From positions 7,900 through 71,899 of the forward strand of contig JAWKHS010000014.1 of the NCBI GenBank assembly GCA_041394705.1: a DNA stretch of 64,000 bases. Direction: 5' to 3'. This stretch comes from Vicinamibacterales bacterium. GTDB lineage: Bacteria; Acidobacteriota; Vicinamibacteria; Vicinamibacterales; UBA2999. The notes under the pieces are model-generated. The model was given only the letters and a program-made list of their open reading frames with translations, searched no databases and had not been told where the DNA came from. Each line of letters begins with the position of its first letter. The stretch's first letter is position 1. A program made the translations under genes and the position numbers. Shown piece after piece: positions 1 through 9,070 of the stretch.

Positions 1-187
1 CGGCGATGACGTCCATGACGGGGACGGAGGGCCCGGCGACGGGCGCGGCCGAGGCGGCAGGTGTCGCCACGCGCCCAGGTGCAGCAAGAGCGGTGCCTTG
101 CGCGCTCTGACCTGGGCCTTCGCGCCGGGGCGCGCCGGGGCCGGCGGCGGGCCGTCCGTGAGGTGCCGATTCGTGGCGCCGGCGCCC

Positions 188-625
188 CTAGACGGTCGCG
201 ACCTTCTCGACGACGAAGAAGTTGTTCTCGGTCTCCTGGATCGTCACCTCGACCCGGTACGCGAGGCCGCGATCCGGGTACTGCCGGCGGATGAGATCCA
301 CGACGTGGTCGTACACGTAGTGGGCCACGTTCTCGACGCTCGGCCCCTTCCCCTTCATCACGACGATGCCTTCCGGCTCGAACAGCGCCGGGTTCATGAA
401 CGTGGCATCCGATTCGACGACGAGGATCTTGTGGTCCAGGTCGCGCATCACCTTCTTGATGCGACCGAAGTCCAGCGACATGTCGAGATCGTCGCGGGGG
501 AACGCCTCGGTCGAGATCGCGACGGTGCCCCGCCACGTGTGGCCGTGGACGAACCGGCACTCGCCCGGGTAGCCAAGCTGCCGGTGGCCGGTATGGAACT
601 TGGCGTGAACGATGATCTTTTCCAT
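188..625 (-). CDS. queD: 6-carboxy-5,6,7,8-tetrahydropterin synthase (QueD / PTPS family)
   Basis: Part of ORF 188..733(-). The internal ATG at 625 gives MEKIIVHAKFHTGH. The QueD-type C-x3-HGH motif is present (ECRFVHGHTWRG). The 36 codons upstream are Arg/Pro-rich and look non-coding. Confidence 0.85.
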   Translation of the reverse strand: MEKIIVHAKFHTGHRQLGYPGECRFVHGHTWRGTVAISTEAFPRDDLDMSLDFGRIKKVMRDLDHKILVVESDATFMNPALFEPEGIVVMKGKGPSVENVAHYVYDHVVDLIRRQYPDRGLAYRVEVTIQETENNFFVVEKVATV

Positions 626-790
626 GCGGTCGGCGGGCCGGCGCGCGGGGCGTCCCGGCCGGGCGCCGGCGCGGGTCCGGGACCGCACGCGGGTGCGCGG
701 CCCCGCACGCGGCGGCTGGCGGTATCGTAGCACGCAGGCGGCTGACCTCCGGTCCCGAGACGCGCCTGTTTCTGCTATCGTCGCGGGGCG

Positions 791-3370
791 ATGCCCCTCC
801 GGCCGCCCGACCCCGGCGTTTCAGGGGAGGGGTCCGCGTTCACGGGCGATCCGGATCACCGTCTGGAACGCTCGGCCATCCTCAGCCTTGCGGCGGCGGC
901 CGTCGCCGTGCTCCTGCCGGCCGCCCTGCGGCCGGACGCCGCCGCCTACTACCTGGCCCAGAGCGTGGTGCTCGGTCTCGGCGCCCTGACGCTCGCCGCC
1001 GTCCGCCGCCGCGTGGCGCCTCGGCGGGTGGCGCAGGGGGCGTTGGCCGTCGCGGTAGTGGTCGTGATCGCGACCGCCCTGGTCTCGGGCGGTGTCACGT
1101 CGGCCGTCTATCACGTCTACTCCGTCGCCCTGGCGGCGGCCGTCTGGCTGGTGTTCTCGCCGCGCGGGGCCGCGATCGCCACCGGCGCCATCGTCGCGCT
1201 GGGCGCCCTGCTGGCCGCGGCCACGGCCCGGGGCTGGACGCCCACGCCGTGGCTCGTGCATACACCCGCCACGGCCTGGATGACCACGTCCACGGCCACC
1301 GCCCTCGTCGCCCTCGTGCAGTGGCTGGAAGTCCACCGGCTGCGGGCCTCGCGCGAGGCGCTGCAGGACGAGCTGCACCGCAGCGAGGCCGCCCAGCGCC
1401 AGGCGTCGGACAGCGAGCGGCGCTACGCCGACGTGGTCTCGACCGTCCCCGGCGTCGTGTACGAGTTCGAGGAGCGGGCCGACGGCGCCCGCGCCTTCAC
1501 GTTCGTGAGCGAGGGCGTCCGCCAGCTGTTCGGCTGCACGCCCGAGTCCCTGCTCGCGGACTGGCGCGTGCTCCCCGGCCTGATCGACCCGTCGGAGGTG
1601 GCTGCCTGGGAGGCGGCGCTGGCCGCCTCTCGCGACTCCCTGTCCCCGTGGACCTTTCGGAACGCCATCCGGACGGCCGCCGGCGACGCGCGGTGGGTCC
1701 AGGGTCACGGGGTGCCGGCGCGCGAGCCCGACGGCACCGTGCGCTGGCACGGCGTCCTCACCGACGCGACCGAGCCGGTCGCCGCCGCGCGGGCCCTGAG
1801 CGAATCGCAGGCCGCGCTCAAGCAGTCGATCTCGCTCCTGCAGAGCGCGTTCGACTCGACCGCCGACGGCCTGCTCGCCGTGGACCTCGAGGGCCGGGTG
1901 ACCGGCTGCAACCAGAAGTTCCTTGCGCTATGGCGCGTGCCCGGCGTCATCGCCGCCACCCGCGATGACGACCAGCTGCTCGCGCACGTCCTCGAACAGC
2001 TCACGGATCCGGACCGCTTCCTGACCGACGTCAAGGCGATCTACGCCAGCCCGGACTCGGTGACGTTCGACACGCTCGAGTTCCGTGACGGACGCCGCTA
2101 CGAGCGCTACTCGCAGCCGCAGGTGGTGGACGGCGCCGTCGTCGGCCGCGTGTGGAGCTTCCGCGACATCACCGCCCGCGTCGAGGAAGAGCGGCGGCTG
2201 GCGGCGCTCGAACAGCAGCTGCAGCAGGCGCACACGCTGGAGGCCCTCGGCGCGCTGGCCGGCGGCATCGCCCGGGACTTCAACAACCTGCTGACGATCA
2301 TCATCGGGAACGCGGAGCAGGCCGCGCTCGACGAGGACGCCGCAGAGCGCGGCGAGAGCCTCGCCGCCGTCACCCGGGCCGCGCACCGCGCCGCCACCCT
2401 CGTCCGCGAGATCGGCGAGTTCAGCCAGCCCCGGCCCGCCGAGCGCACGGTCCTCAGGGTGGCGCAGGCCATCGGCAGCGCCCTCGACCTGTTCCCGTCC
2501 ACGCTGCCCAAGCAGGTCGCCATCGACACCACGCTCGACCCGGACGTCACGATGTTCGCCAACGCCACGCAGGTGCAGCAGGTGGTCACGAACCTCGTGT
2601 TGAACGCCGTCGAGGCCATCGGCGAGGGGGGCGGCACGGTGTCCGTCGTGCTCGACGAAGTGGCGCCGGACGACGTGCCGGCCGACGCGCCACGTCCCCT
2701 GGCCGCCCGCTACGCGCGGCTCACGGTTCGGGACACGGGACGCGGCATCGGCGAAGACGACCTCGCCCGCATCTTCGACACGTTCTACACGACGCGGCTC
2801 GACACGCCAGGCTCGGGCCTCGGTCTCGTGGTCGTGCAGGGCATCGTCCGGCGCCATCACGGCACGGTGGTGGTCGAGAGCACGGTGGGCGCCGGCACGA
2901 CCGTCCGCGTGTACTGGCCGTCATTCCCCCCGGTCGATCCGCACGCCGGTGGCCCGTCCGCCGCGGCACACGGGTCCGCGGTCGACGGCCGGGGCCGCCG
3001 GCTGCTGGTCGTGGACGACGAACCGGACGTGGCGCGCGTGGTCGGCGAGGGCCTGCGCCGCCTCGGCTACGACGTCGTGGTCGCGACCGATCCCCACGAA
3101 GCGCTCGCGGCATTCCACGCGTCGACCGCCGCGTTCGACGCCGTGCTGTCCGATCTCTCGATGCCAGGGCTGACCGGCGTCGAGCTCGGCCGGCGCCTGC
3201 TCGACTGCCGGCCCGACCTGCCCATCGTCCTCTTCACCGGGTACGCCGGGGAATTGAGCCCTGATGAGGCGCGGGCCCTGGGCTTCCGGGCCGTCCTCCA
3301 CAAGCCGATGAGCCTGCCGGTGCTCGCCGGGGCCGTCCACCGGGCGCTCGGCGCCGGGCCCGGCCGCTGA
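791..3370 (+). CDS. Hybrid sensor histidine kinase / response regulator (N-terminal TM region, PAS repeats, HisKA-like dimerisation box, HATPase_c, C-terminal REC)
   Basis: 859-aa ORF. It has PAS-like segments (VPGVVYEFEERADG.., FDSTADGLLAVDLEGRVTGCNQKF). The H-box-like segment is LAGGIARDFNNLL. N/G1/F/G2 boxes are present (NLVLNAVEA, DTGRGI, FDTFYTT, GSGLGL). A receiver domain is present (LLVVDDEPDV...VLSDLSMPG). The exact start is uncertain. Confidence 0.85.
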   Translation: MPLRPPDPGVSGEGSAFTGDPDHRLERSAILSLAAAAVAVLLPAALRPDAAAYYLAQSVVLGLGALTLAAVRRRVAPRRVAQGALAVAVVVVIATALVSGGVTSAVYHVYSVALAAAVWLVFSPRGAAIATGAIVALGALLAAATARGWTPTPWLVHTPATAWMTTSTATALVALVQWLEVHRLRASREALQDELHRSEAAQRQASDSERRYADVVSTVPGVVYEFEERADGARAFTFVSEGVRQLFGCTPESLLADWRVLPGLIDPSEVAAWEAALAASRDSLSPWTFRNAIRTAAGDARWVQGHGVPAREPDGTVRWHGVLTDATEPVAAARALSESQAALKQSISLLQSAFDSTADGLLAVDLEGRVTGCNQKFLALWRVPGVIAATRDDDQLLAHVLEQLTDPDRFLTDVKAIYASPDSVTFDTLEFRDGRRYERYSQPQVVDGAVVGRVWSFRDITARVEEERRLAALEQQLQQAHTLEALGALAGGIARDFNNLLTIIIGNAEQAALDEDAAERGESLAAVTRAAHRAATLVREIGEFSQPRPAERTVLRVAQAIGSALDLFPSTLPKQVAIDTTLDPDVTMFANATQVQQVVTNLVLNAVEAIGEGGGTVSVVLDEVAPDDVPADAPRPLAARYARLTVRDTGRGIGEDDLARIFDTFYTTRLDTPGSGLGLVVVQGIVRRHHGTVVVESTVGAGTTVRVYWPSFPPVDPHAGGPSAAAHGSAVDGRGRRLLVVDDEPDVARVVGEGLRRLGYDVVVATDPHEALAAFHASTAAFDAVLSDLSMPGLTGVELGRRLLDCRPDLPIVLFTGYAGELSPDEARALGFRAVLHKPMSLPVLAGAVHRALGAGPGR

Positions 3371-3376
3371 GCCGCG

Positions 3377-3646
3377 ATGACCGACCAGCCGTTCGAGGTG
3401 CCCATCGAGCGGGAACTGGACCTCCACGCGTTCCATCCTCGGGACGTGGCGCAGGTGGTGGCCGCCTTCCTCGAGGCCGCCCACGCCGCCGGCCTCCGCG
3501 AGGTCCGGCTCGTGCACGGCCGCGGGCGGGGCGTGCAGCGCGGCATCGTCCAGGCGGCGCTCGAGCGGCACCCCCTCGTGGACACGTTCTGGGACGACAC
3601 GGCGTCGCACCTGGGCGCGACGCTCGCCCGCCTGGCCGATCGCTGA
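3377..3646 (+). CDS. Smr domain protein
   Basis: 89-aa ORF with the Smr-type pattern LDLHAFHP...VRLVHGRGRGVQRGIV. It starts 7 nt after the kinase stop. Confidence 0.7.
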   Translation: MTDQPFEVPIERELDLHAFHPRDVAQVVAAFLEAAHAAGLREVRLVHGRGRGVQRGIVQAALERHPLVDTFWDDTASHLGATLARLADR

Positions 3647-3650
3647 GGCC

Positions 3651-6410
3651 CTATTCGGACGCGAGCGTGACGGCCGGATCCACCTTCAGCGCGCGCCGCG
3701 CCGGCACCGCCGTCGCCGCGACGGCGGCGGCGACGAGGAGGGTCACGGCCGTGAGGACGGCGGCCGGATCGAGCGCCCGCACCTCGAAGACCTCGGAGGC
3801 CAGGGCCCGGCCGAGCCACGCCGCTCCCGCAAGGCCGAGCGCGAGCCCCACCACGACGACCACCAGGCTCTCCCGCAGGACCAGTCCGGCGATGGCCGCG
3901 CTGGATCCGCCGAGGGCCATCCGGATGCCGATTTCGCGCGTGCGCTGGGCCACGAGGTAGGCCAGGACACCGTAGAGGCCGACGGCCGAGAGCAGGAGCG
4001 CCAGGCCCCCGAAGGCCACGGCGAGCGCCATGGTCGCGCGTCTGGCGCGCAGCGATCCGTCGATCCGCTCGCGCATCACGTGGACGTCGAAGAGCGGCAG
4101 CCGCGGGTCGAGCCCGGCGGCGACGCGGCGGAGGTCGGCTTCGACGGCCGTGGACGAGGCCGCGCTCTGCACCGCGACCACGACCGACGCCCGCACGTCC
4201 TGGGTGAACGGAAAGTAGTAGGCGCCGACCGCGTCCTTCGGCGTGACGAGGGCGAACTGCTTGATCGTGCGCACGACGCCGACGACGCGGTGGCGCTTGA
4301 TGTTCTCGGGCGACGGCTTGGTGAGGGCCTCTGCGCTCAGCGGCTGCAGCAGGTAGCGGCCGACGGCGTCCTGCCCGGGCCAGAACCGTGAGGCGAGCAG
4401 TTCGTCCACGATCACCACCGACTCGCTCGAGGCGAGCTCCGAGCCGTCGAAAGCGCGCCCGGACGCCATCGGCATCCCCATGGCCTCGAAGTACCCCGGC
4501 GTCACCACGATCTGGTACGGCGACACGAAGCTCTCGCCGGTCCCGGGCGTCCAGCCCTCCGGCCAGGCCACGCTGTCGCTGCGCGAGTCGCCGAATGGAA
4601 TGGCGCTCGTGGCGCCGGCGGCGTGCACCCCGGGCAGGGCGCGCGCGGCGTCGAGGAGGCGCTGCACGAAGGCGACGCGATCGGCGTCCTCGGGGTACGC
4701 CTGCAGCGGCAGGGAGATGGCGCCCGTCACGACCGACGTCCGGAAGCCGGTGTCGACGGCCAGCAGGCGCCGGAAGCTGGCGAAGAGGACACCCGCGCCG
4801 ACGAGCAGCATGCAGGCGACCGCCACCTGACCGACGACCAGCGCCTGACGAAGGCGGCGGGCCGCCCGGCTGCCGGTGCGGCTCCGGCCTTCGTCCCTGA
4901 GCGTGGTGGCCGTCCGTTCCGGTGCCACGGCGCCCATCGCCGCAAGTCCCAGCGTCAGGCCGACCGCCACGGTCAGGACGGCCGCGTAGAGCCAGACGCG
5001 TGGATCGAGCGCGACGGTGCGTCCCGGTGGCACCAGCGCCAGGCTGGCGCTCGGCACGACGGCCACGAGGCCCCACGCGAGCGCCACGCCCAGGGCGCCG
5101 CCGAGCGCCGCCAGGGCCAGGTGCTCGGTGACGAGCTGCATCCGCACCCGGTTCGGCTCGGCGCCCAGCGCCAAGCGCGTGGCCAGCTCCGCCTGCCGCG
5201 CCGTCGAGCGCGCGAGGGCCAACGCCGTCAGGTTGACCACGCCGATGAGCAGCACGCACGCCACGCCGCCCCAGAGCAGGTACAGCGGACGCTTGACGTC
5301 GGCGACGAGCACGTCGACCAGGGGCATGCCGATGGACCGGAAACCCGCCTTGATGAGGGGCTCTCTCAGCGCCGGAAAGCGCTCCAGGTTCGTCGCGGTG
5401 AGGGCATCGAGCTGGGTCTGCACCTGCTGCAGCGTGGCGCCGGGCGCCAGCCGGCCGACGTGGGTCCAGTTGTTGCTGTGCCGCGACGCGTCGCTGCGCT
5501 CCTCGGCCGTGAACGCCGCCGGCAGCCACAGCACGACCTCGTCGTCGTAGAAGCGGAAGCTGCGCGGCATGACGCCGACGATTTCGTACGGTTCGCCGCC
5601 GATGGTCAGCGTGCGGCCGACCACGTCGGGCGCGCTGCCGAAGCGCCGTCGCCAGAGCGCGTCGGCCAGCAGCACCTTCTTCTCGCGGCCGATCTCGCCT
5701 TCGTCATCGGTGAAGGTCCGGCCGAGGGCGGCCTGGGCGCGCAGCAGGGGGAACAGCGTGGGCGTCGTCGTGAGCGCCGTCAGGCGCTCGGCGGCCTGAT
5801 CGCCCACGCTCACCCCGCGCACGCGGAAGAGCGCCTGTTCGGCCAGCGCCGGCACCGCCGTCTGGCGGTCGAAGTAGTCGGGCACACCGGAGTTGCCCCC
5901 GGCGGCCGCGGACGACCCGGCGTTCGGGTAGATGTTGCCGACGTGGATGAGGGCCGCGGGGTCCGGGGCGGTCACCGCATCGAAGAGCACCGTGTTGACC
6001 AGGGTGAACACGACGACGTTCGCGGCCAGGCACAGCGCCAGCGTGCTGACCGAGGCCGCCGTGAACGTCCGGTCCTTCATGAAGGACCGCCATGCGTAGC
6101 GGAGATCGCGTCCGACGAGGGTCGCCCAGGTCCACGCGCCGCCGTCGGATGACCGGAGCGCGGCCGCAGGGGCCGGCGCGGGCGGACGCGGCGCCTGCCG
6201 GGACCGCGCCAGCCGGCGGATGGCCGCCATGTCGGGTACCTCCTCGCGGACGGCCCGCGCGGCCGACTCCGGCGTGGCGCCGCCCTGCAGGAGGTCGTCG
6301 TAGCGGTCCTGCAGGTGCTCCTCGATCTCCCGCTGGACGACGTCGCGGCTCGCCGGGTCGAGCCCGGCCGCCGCGCAGCGAGCCTCCAGTGCGCCGCGCC
6401 AGTCATCCAT
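3651..6410 (-). CDS. ADOP-family (MacB/FtsX-like, duplicated) ABC transporter permease with N-terminal permease-prefix domain
   Basis: 919-aa ORF with two MacB-like periplasmic plus FtsX 4-TM halves. It overlaps the upstream PadR gene by 8 nt, which is the classic PadR-permease pairing. Confidence 0.85.
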   Translation of the reverse strand: MDDWRGALEARCAAAGLDPASRDVVQREIEEHLQDRYDDLLQGGATPESAARAVREEVPDMAAIRRLARSRQAPRPPAPAPAAALRSSDGGAWTWATLVGRDLRYAWRSFMKDRTFTAASVSTLALCLAANVVVFTLVNTVLFDAVTAPDPAALIHVGNIYPNAGSSAAAGGNSGVPDYFDRQTAVPALAEQALFRVRGVSVGDQAAERLTALTTTPTLFPLLRAQAALGRTFTDDEGEIGREKKVLLADALWRRRFGSAPDVVGRTLTIGGEPYEIVGVMPRSFRFYDDEVVLWLPAAFTAEERSDASRHSNNWTHVGRLAPGATLQQVQTQLDALTATNLERFPALREPLIKAGFRSIGMPLVDVLVADVKRPLYLLWGGVACVLLIGVVNLTALALARSTARQAELATRLALGAEPNRVRMQLVTEHLALAALGGALGVALAWGLVAVVPSASLALVPPGRTVALDPRVWLYAAVLTVAVGLTLGLAAMGAVAPERTATTLRDEGRSRTGSRAARRLRQALVVGQVAVACMLLVGAGVLFASFRRLLAVDTGFRTSVVTGAISLPLQAYPEDADRVAFVQRLLDAARALPGVHAAGATSAIPFGDSRSDSVAWPEGWTPGTGESFVSPYQIVVTPGYFEAMGMPMASGRAFDGSELASSESVVIVDELLASRFWPGQDAVGRYLLQPLSAEALTKPSPENIKRHRVVGVVRTIKQFALVTPKDAVGAYYFPFTQDVRASVVVAVQSAASSTAVEADLRRVAAGLDPRLPLFDVHVMRERIDGSLRARRATMALAVAFGGLALLLSAVGLYGVLAYLVAQRTREIGIRMALGGSSAAIAGLVLRESLVVVVVGLALGLAGAAWLGRALASEVFEVRALDPAAVLTAVTLLVAAAVAATAVPARRALKVDPAVTLASE

Positions 6411-6744
6411 GGGACACCCCCGCGATGCGGCTCACGGCCGCCGAGAACACCCGCCAGCCCTCGCGCTGCGCGGCCAGGACCGCCCGGCCGGCCGGCGTGA
6501 GCGCGTAGGCACGCCGGCGCCGGGTGCCGGCCGCCTCGAGCCACCGCCCGCGGATCCAGCCGCGCGCCTCCAGGCGGTAGAGCAGGCCGTAGAGCGACGC
6601 GACATTGAAGCGGATGGCGCCGTCCGACTCGTCGGCAATCCGCTTGGCGATGTCGTAGCCGTGGCGCGGGCGGGCTTCCACGCACGCCAGGATCAGCAGC
6701 TCGGCGCTGCCCTTCTTCAACTCGCGATCGAGGGTGCGGTCCAT
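6403..6744 (-). CDS. PadR family transcriptional regulator
   Basis: Winged-helix PadR pattern KGSAELLILACVEARPRHGYDIAKRI...LYGLLYRLEARGWI. ATG at 6744 is preferred; the ORF track starts at a GTG at 6759. Confidence 0.85.
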   Translation of the reverse strand: MDRTLDRELKKGSAELLILACVEARPRHGYDIAKRIADESDGAIRFNVASLYGLLYRLEARGWIRGRWLEAAGTRRRRAYALTPAGRAVLAAQREGWRVFSAAVSRIAGVSHG

Positions 6745-6780
6745 ATGTGCCTGTGCCACATATTACACATCCACATGTGG
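6743..6780. promoter_or_regulatory. Candidate PadR operator / divergent promoter region (two palindromes in a local AT-rich patch)
   Basis: Inverted repeat ATATGTG-N7-CACATAT at 6743..6763, which contains ATGT-N9-ACAT. A perfect 10-bp palindrome CCACATGTGG lies at 6771..6780. Both sit between the divergent PadR and YwiC-like starts, and a TAATAT box lies on the minus strand at 6760..6765. Confidence 0.5.
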
Positions 6781-6862
6781 CAGCGCGATGCGTCGAGAGG
6801 GAGGACGAGCGTGGCGCGGCAAAGGTTCGCGCGGGCCGAGAAGCCGCTATAGTGCGGCGCAC

Positions 6863-7636
6863 ATGCCGCTCTGGCCGAAGGAGCACGGCGCCTACGGGCA
6901 GCTGGCCGGGCCGCTCGTCACGGGCCTCGCCGTGAGCGGTCCGACCTGGCCGGGCGGACTGGCCGCCCTCGCCGTCGTGGCCGGCTTTCTCGCGCACGAG
7001 CCCTGGCTCGTGCTGCGCGGCGCGCGGGGCTCGCGCGCCCGCCGCGAGCAGGCGGCCGAGGCGCGGGTGTGGCTGGCGGCGGCACTCTCGACCGCGTGCG
7101 GGGCCGGCCTGGCCGCCGTCGCCCTCGCGCCGCCGGCCGCGCGGTGGACGTTCCTGGCGCCCGCGGTCCCGGCCCTCGTGGTGGCCGCCGAACTGGCGCG
7201 AGGTCGCGAGAAGAGCGCGATCGCCGAAGCCGCCGTCGCCCTGGCGCTCTCCCTGACCGCCGTTCCGCTCGCGACGGCCGCCGGCCGGGGCGTGGCAGTC
7301 GGGCTCGCGGTGGCCGTGCCGTTCGCGCTGGTGTTCGTGGGATCCACCTTCGCGGTCCGGACGGTCACGCTCGCCGCGCACGGCGCCGGCGCCGGAGCGG
7401 TCGCGCTGTCGCGCCTCATCGCCCTCGCCGTCCTGCTGAGCGGCTCGGCGGGCCTCGGCTGGGCCGTGACGTCCGGACGCCTGCCGGCGGCGTCGCTGGC
7501 GGCCGCGGCGCCCGGCGTGCTGCTCGGCACGGCCGTCGCGTGGGCGCCCCCGCCGCCCCGCCGGCTTCGCGACATCGGCTGGGCGCTGATGGGCGTCGTC
7601 GTGTTCGCCGCCGGGGTGCTGATCGCGGCGCGCTGA
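6863..7636 (+). CDS. YwiC-like polytopic membrane protein
   Basis: The internal ATG at 6863 gives MPLWPKEHGAYGQLAGPLVTGL, followed by about 8 hydrophobic segments. The upstream part of ORF 6734..7636 looks non-coding. Confidence 0.6.
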   Translation: MPLWPKEHGAYGQLAGPLVTGLAVSGPTWPGGLAALAVVAGFLAHEPWLVLRGARGSRARREQAAEARVWLAAALSTACGAGLAAVALAPPAARWTFLAPAVPALVVAAELARGREKSAIAEAAVALALSLTAVPLATAAGRGVAVGLAVAVPFALVFVGSTFAVRTVTLAAHGAGAGAVALSRLIALAVLLSGSAGLGWAVTSGRLPAASLAAAAPGVLLGTAVAWAPPPPRRLRDIGWALMGVVVFAAGVLIAAR

Positions 7637-7831
7637 CGCGGGCGGCGGCGGCCATGTTCGTGGTGGCCGGCCGAGGCGTCCGCGACGTTCGACGTGACCG
7701 TCGGCTGACGCGTGCCTGCTGACGGGCGTCCGCGTGCCAGCCCGGCACGTGGACGTCCGGCCTCGACCAATGCCGCGGCCGCCCGATCCTGGCAGTGGCG
7801 TTCGCGGGCGTGCGGCGGTATGGTTGCCGCC

Positions 7832-9070
7832 ATGCACCGACGCCACGTGATCACCACCGGATCGGCCGCCGTGATCGGGTTCGGCCTGGCGGGCTGCCGG
7901 CCCGCCGCGCCTCCGCGCCTGGCCCCGGCCGCCGCCCCACGCCCGCCGCTGCAGCTGGCCACGCCGCGGATCGGCCTCGACCGCGTGATCCGGACGACGG
8001 TGGGGCTCCGGCCCCACCGCGACGGCGGGTTCGTGCTCCGGGCCGACCGGCTGGACGACAAGGTCGTCGTGCACAACTACGGACACGGCGGCGCGGGGAT
8101 GTCGCTCGCGTGGGGCTGCGGCGTCCTCGTGGCCGACCTCGCGCAGCCCGCCGGCGCGGGCCGGATCGCCGTCATCGGCTGCGGATCGCCCGGCCTGAGC
8201 ACGGCCATTCAGCTGCAGCGGCGGGGCTACGACGTGACCATCTACGCGGCCACGGTGCCGCCCGACACGACGTCGAACCGCTCCTGGGCGGGCTTCACGC
8301 CGACCACCGCGCTCATCGAACCCGATCGACGCACGCCGGCCTGGGACGCGCAGTTCCGCGCCGCCGCCGAGATCTCCTACCAGCAGCTGCAGACGATGGT
8401 CGGCCCGCGCTACGGCGTGTACTGGATCGACGCCTACAACGCCACCGATGCCCCCGAAGGCGGCGGCGGCAACGAGCGGGAACGCGACCTGGTCCCCGAC
8501 ATCCTCAGGCCGAACCGCAATCGGGAGGTGCTCGGGCCGGGCGAGCACCCGTTCCCCACGCCCTACGCCATCCGCACGTCGAACCTGGCCATCGAGCCCT
8601 CGATCTACATGCAGGCGCTCGTGGACGACTTCCGCGCGGCCGGCGGCCGGATCGTGATCCGGCGCTTCGAGAGCCGTCGGGATCTGATGGCGCTCTCGGA
8701 GCGGGTCGTCGTCAACTGCACCGGCCTCGGATCGTTCTCGCTCTTCGACGACAAGGAGCTGGTGCCGATCAAGGGGCAGCTCACGTTCATGATTCCGCAG
8801 CCCGAGCTGAACTACCGCGTGTCGTCGCGGGCCGCGAATGGCGGGAACGCCGGCCTGAATCCCCGGCGGGACGGCATCGTGGTGGGCAACTCGCAGGAGC
8901 CGGGCGTCTGGTCGCTCGACGTCAACGAAGAGACCCTGATGCGCAACGTCGAGGCAGCCGTGGCGTTCGTCGCTGGCATGCGATCCCCGGCGCCAGGCGC
9001 CAGGCTGACGCGCTCGGAAGCACCCTCGCCGGCGCCGGCGGCGGCCGCGTTCTACGACTGGGGTCAGTAG
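7832..9070 (+). CDS. FAD-dependent oxidoreductase, D-amino-acid-oxidase-like, with Tat-type signal; domain order appears circularly permuted
   Basis: MHRRHVITTGSAAVIGFGLAGC looks like a Tat/lipobox signal. It is followed by GLRPHRDGGFVLRAD...VVVHNYGHGGAGMSLAWGCG, normally the C-terminal DAAO motif. The Rossmann motif RIAVIGCGSPGLSTAIQLQRRGYDVTIYA comes only after that, and NCTGLGS...PIKGQ comes later still. Confidence 0.75.
   Translation: MHRRHVITTGSAAVIGFGLAGCRPAAPPRLAPAAAPRPPLQLATPRIGLDRVIRTTVGLRPHRDGGFVLRADRLDDKVVVHNYGHGGAGMSLAWGCGVLVADLAQPAGAGRIAVIGCGSPGLSTAIQLQRRGYDVTIYAATVPPDTTSNRSWAGFTPTTALIEPDRRTPAWDAQFRAAAEISYQQLQTMVGPRYGVYWIDAYNATDAPEGGGGNERERDLVPDILRPNRNREVLGPGEHPFPTPYAIRTSNLAIEPSIYMQALVDDFRAAGGRIVIRRFESRRDLMALSERVVVNCTGLGSFSLFDDKELVPIKGQLTFMIPQPELNYRVSSRAANGGNAGLNPRRDGIVVGNSQEPGVWSLDVNEETLMRNVEAAVAFVAGMRSPAPGARLTRSEAPSPAPAAAAFYDWGQ

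Noticed and set aside
1-187. Possible gene fragment at the left edge. An ATG on the minus strand at position 16 reads ATGGACGTCATCGCC towards the window boundary.
   Set aside because: Only 16 nt are visible, with no way to assess coding potential. The plus-strand ORFs here (61..294, 98..730) are antisense shadows of queD.
717-732. Sigma-54-like match TGGCGG-TATCG-TAGCA, 58 nt upstream of the hybrid kinase gene
   Set aside because: The GG-N10-GC spacing is correct, but the -12 element is TAGCA rather than TTGC and it lacks the TTGCC core shared by the other five sites. It is too weak to call without a matrix score.
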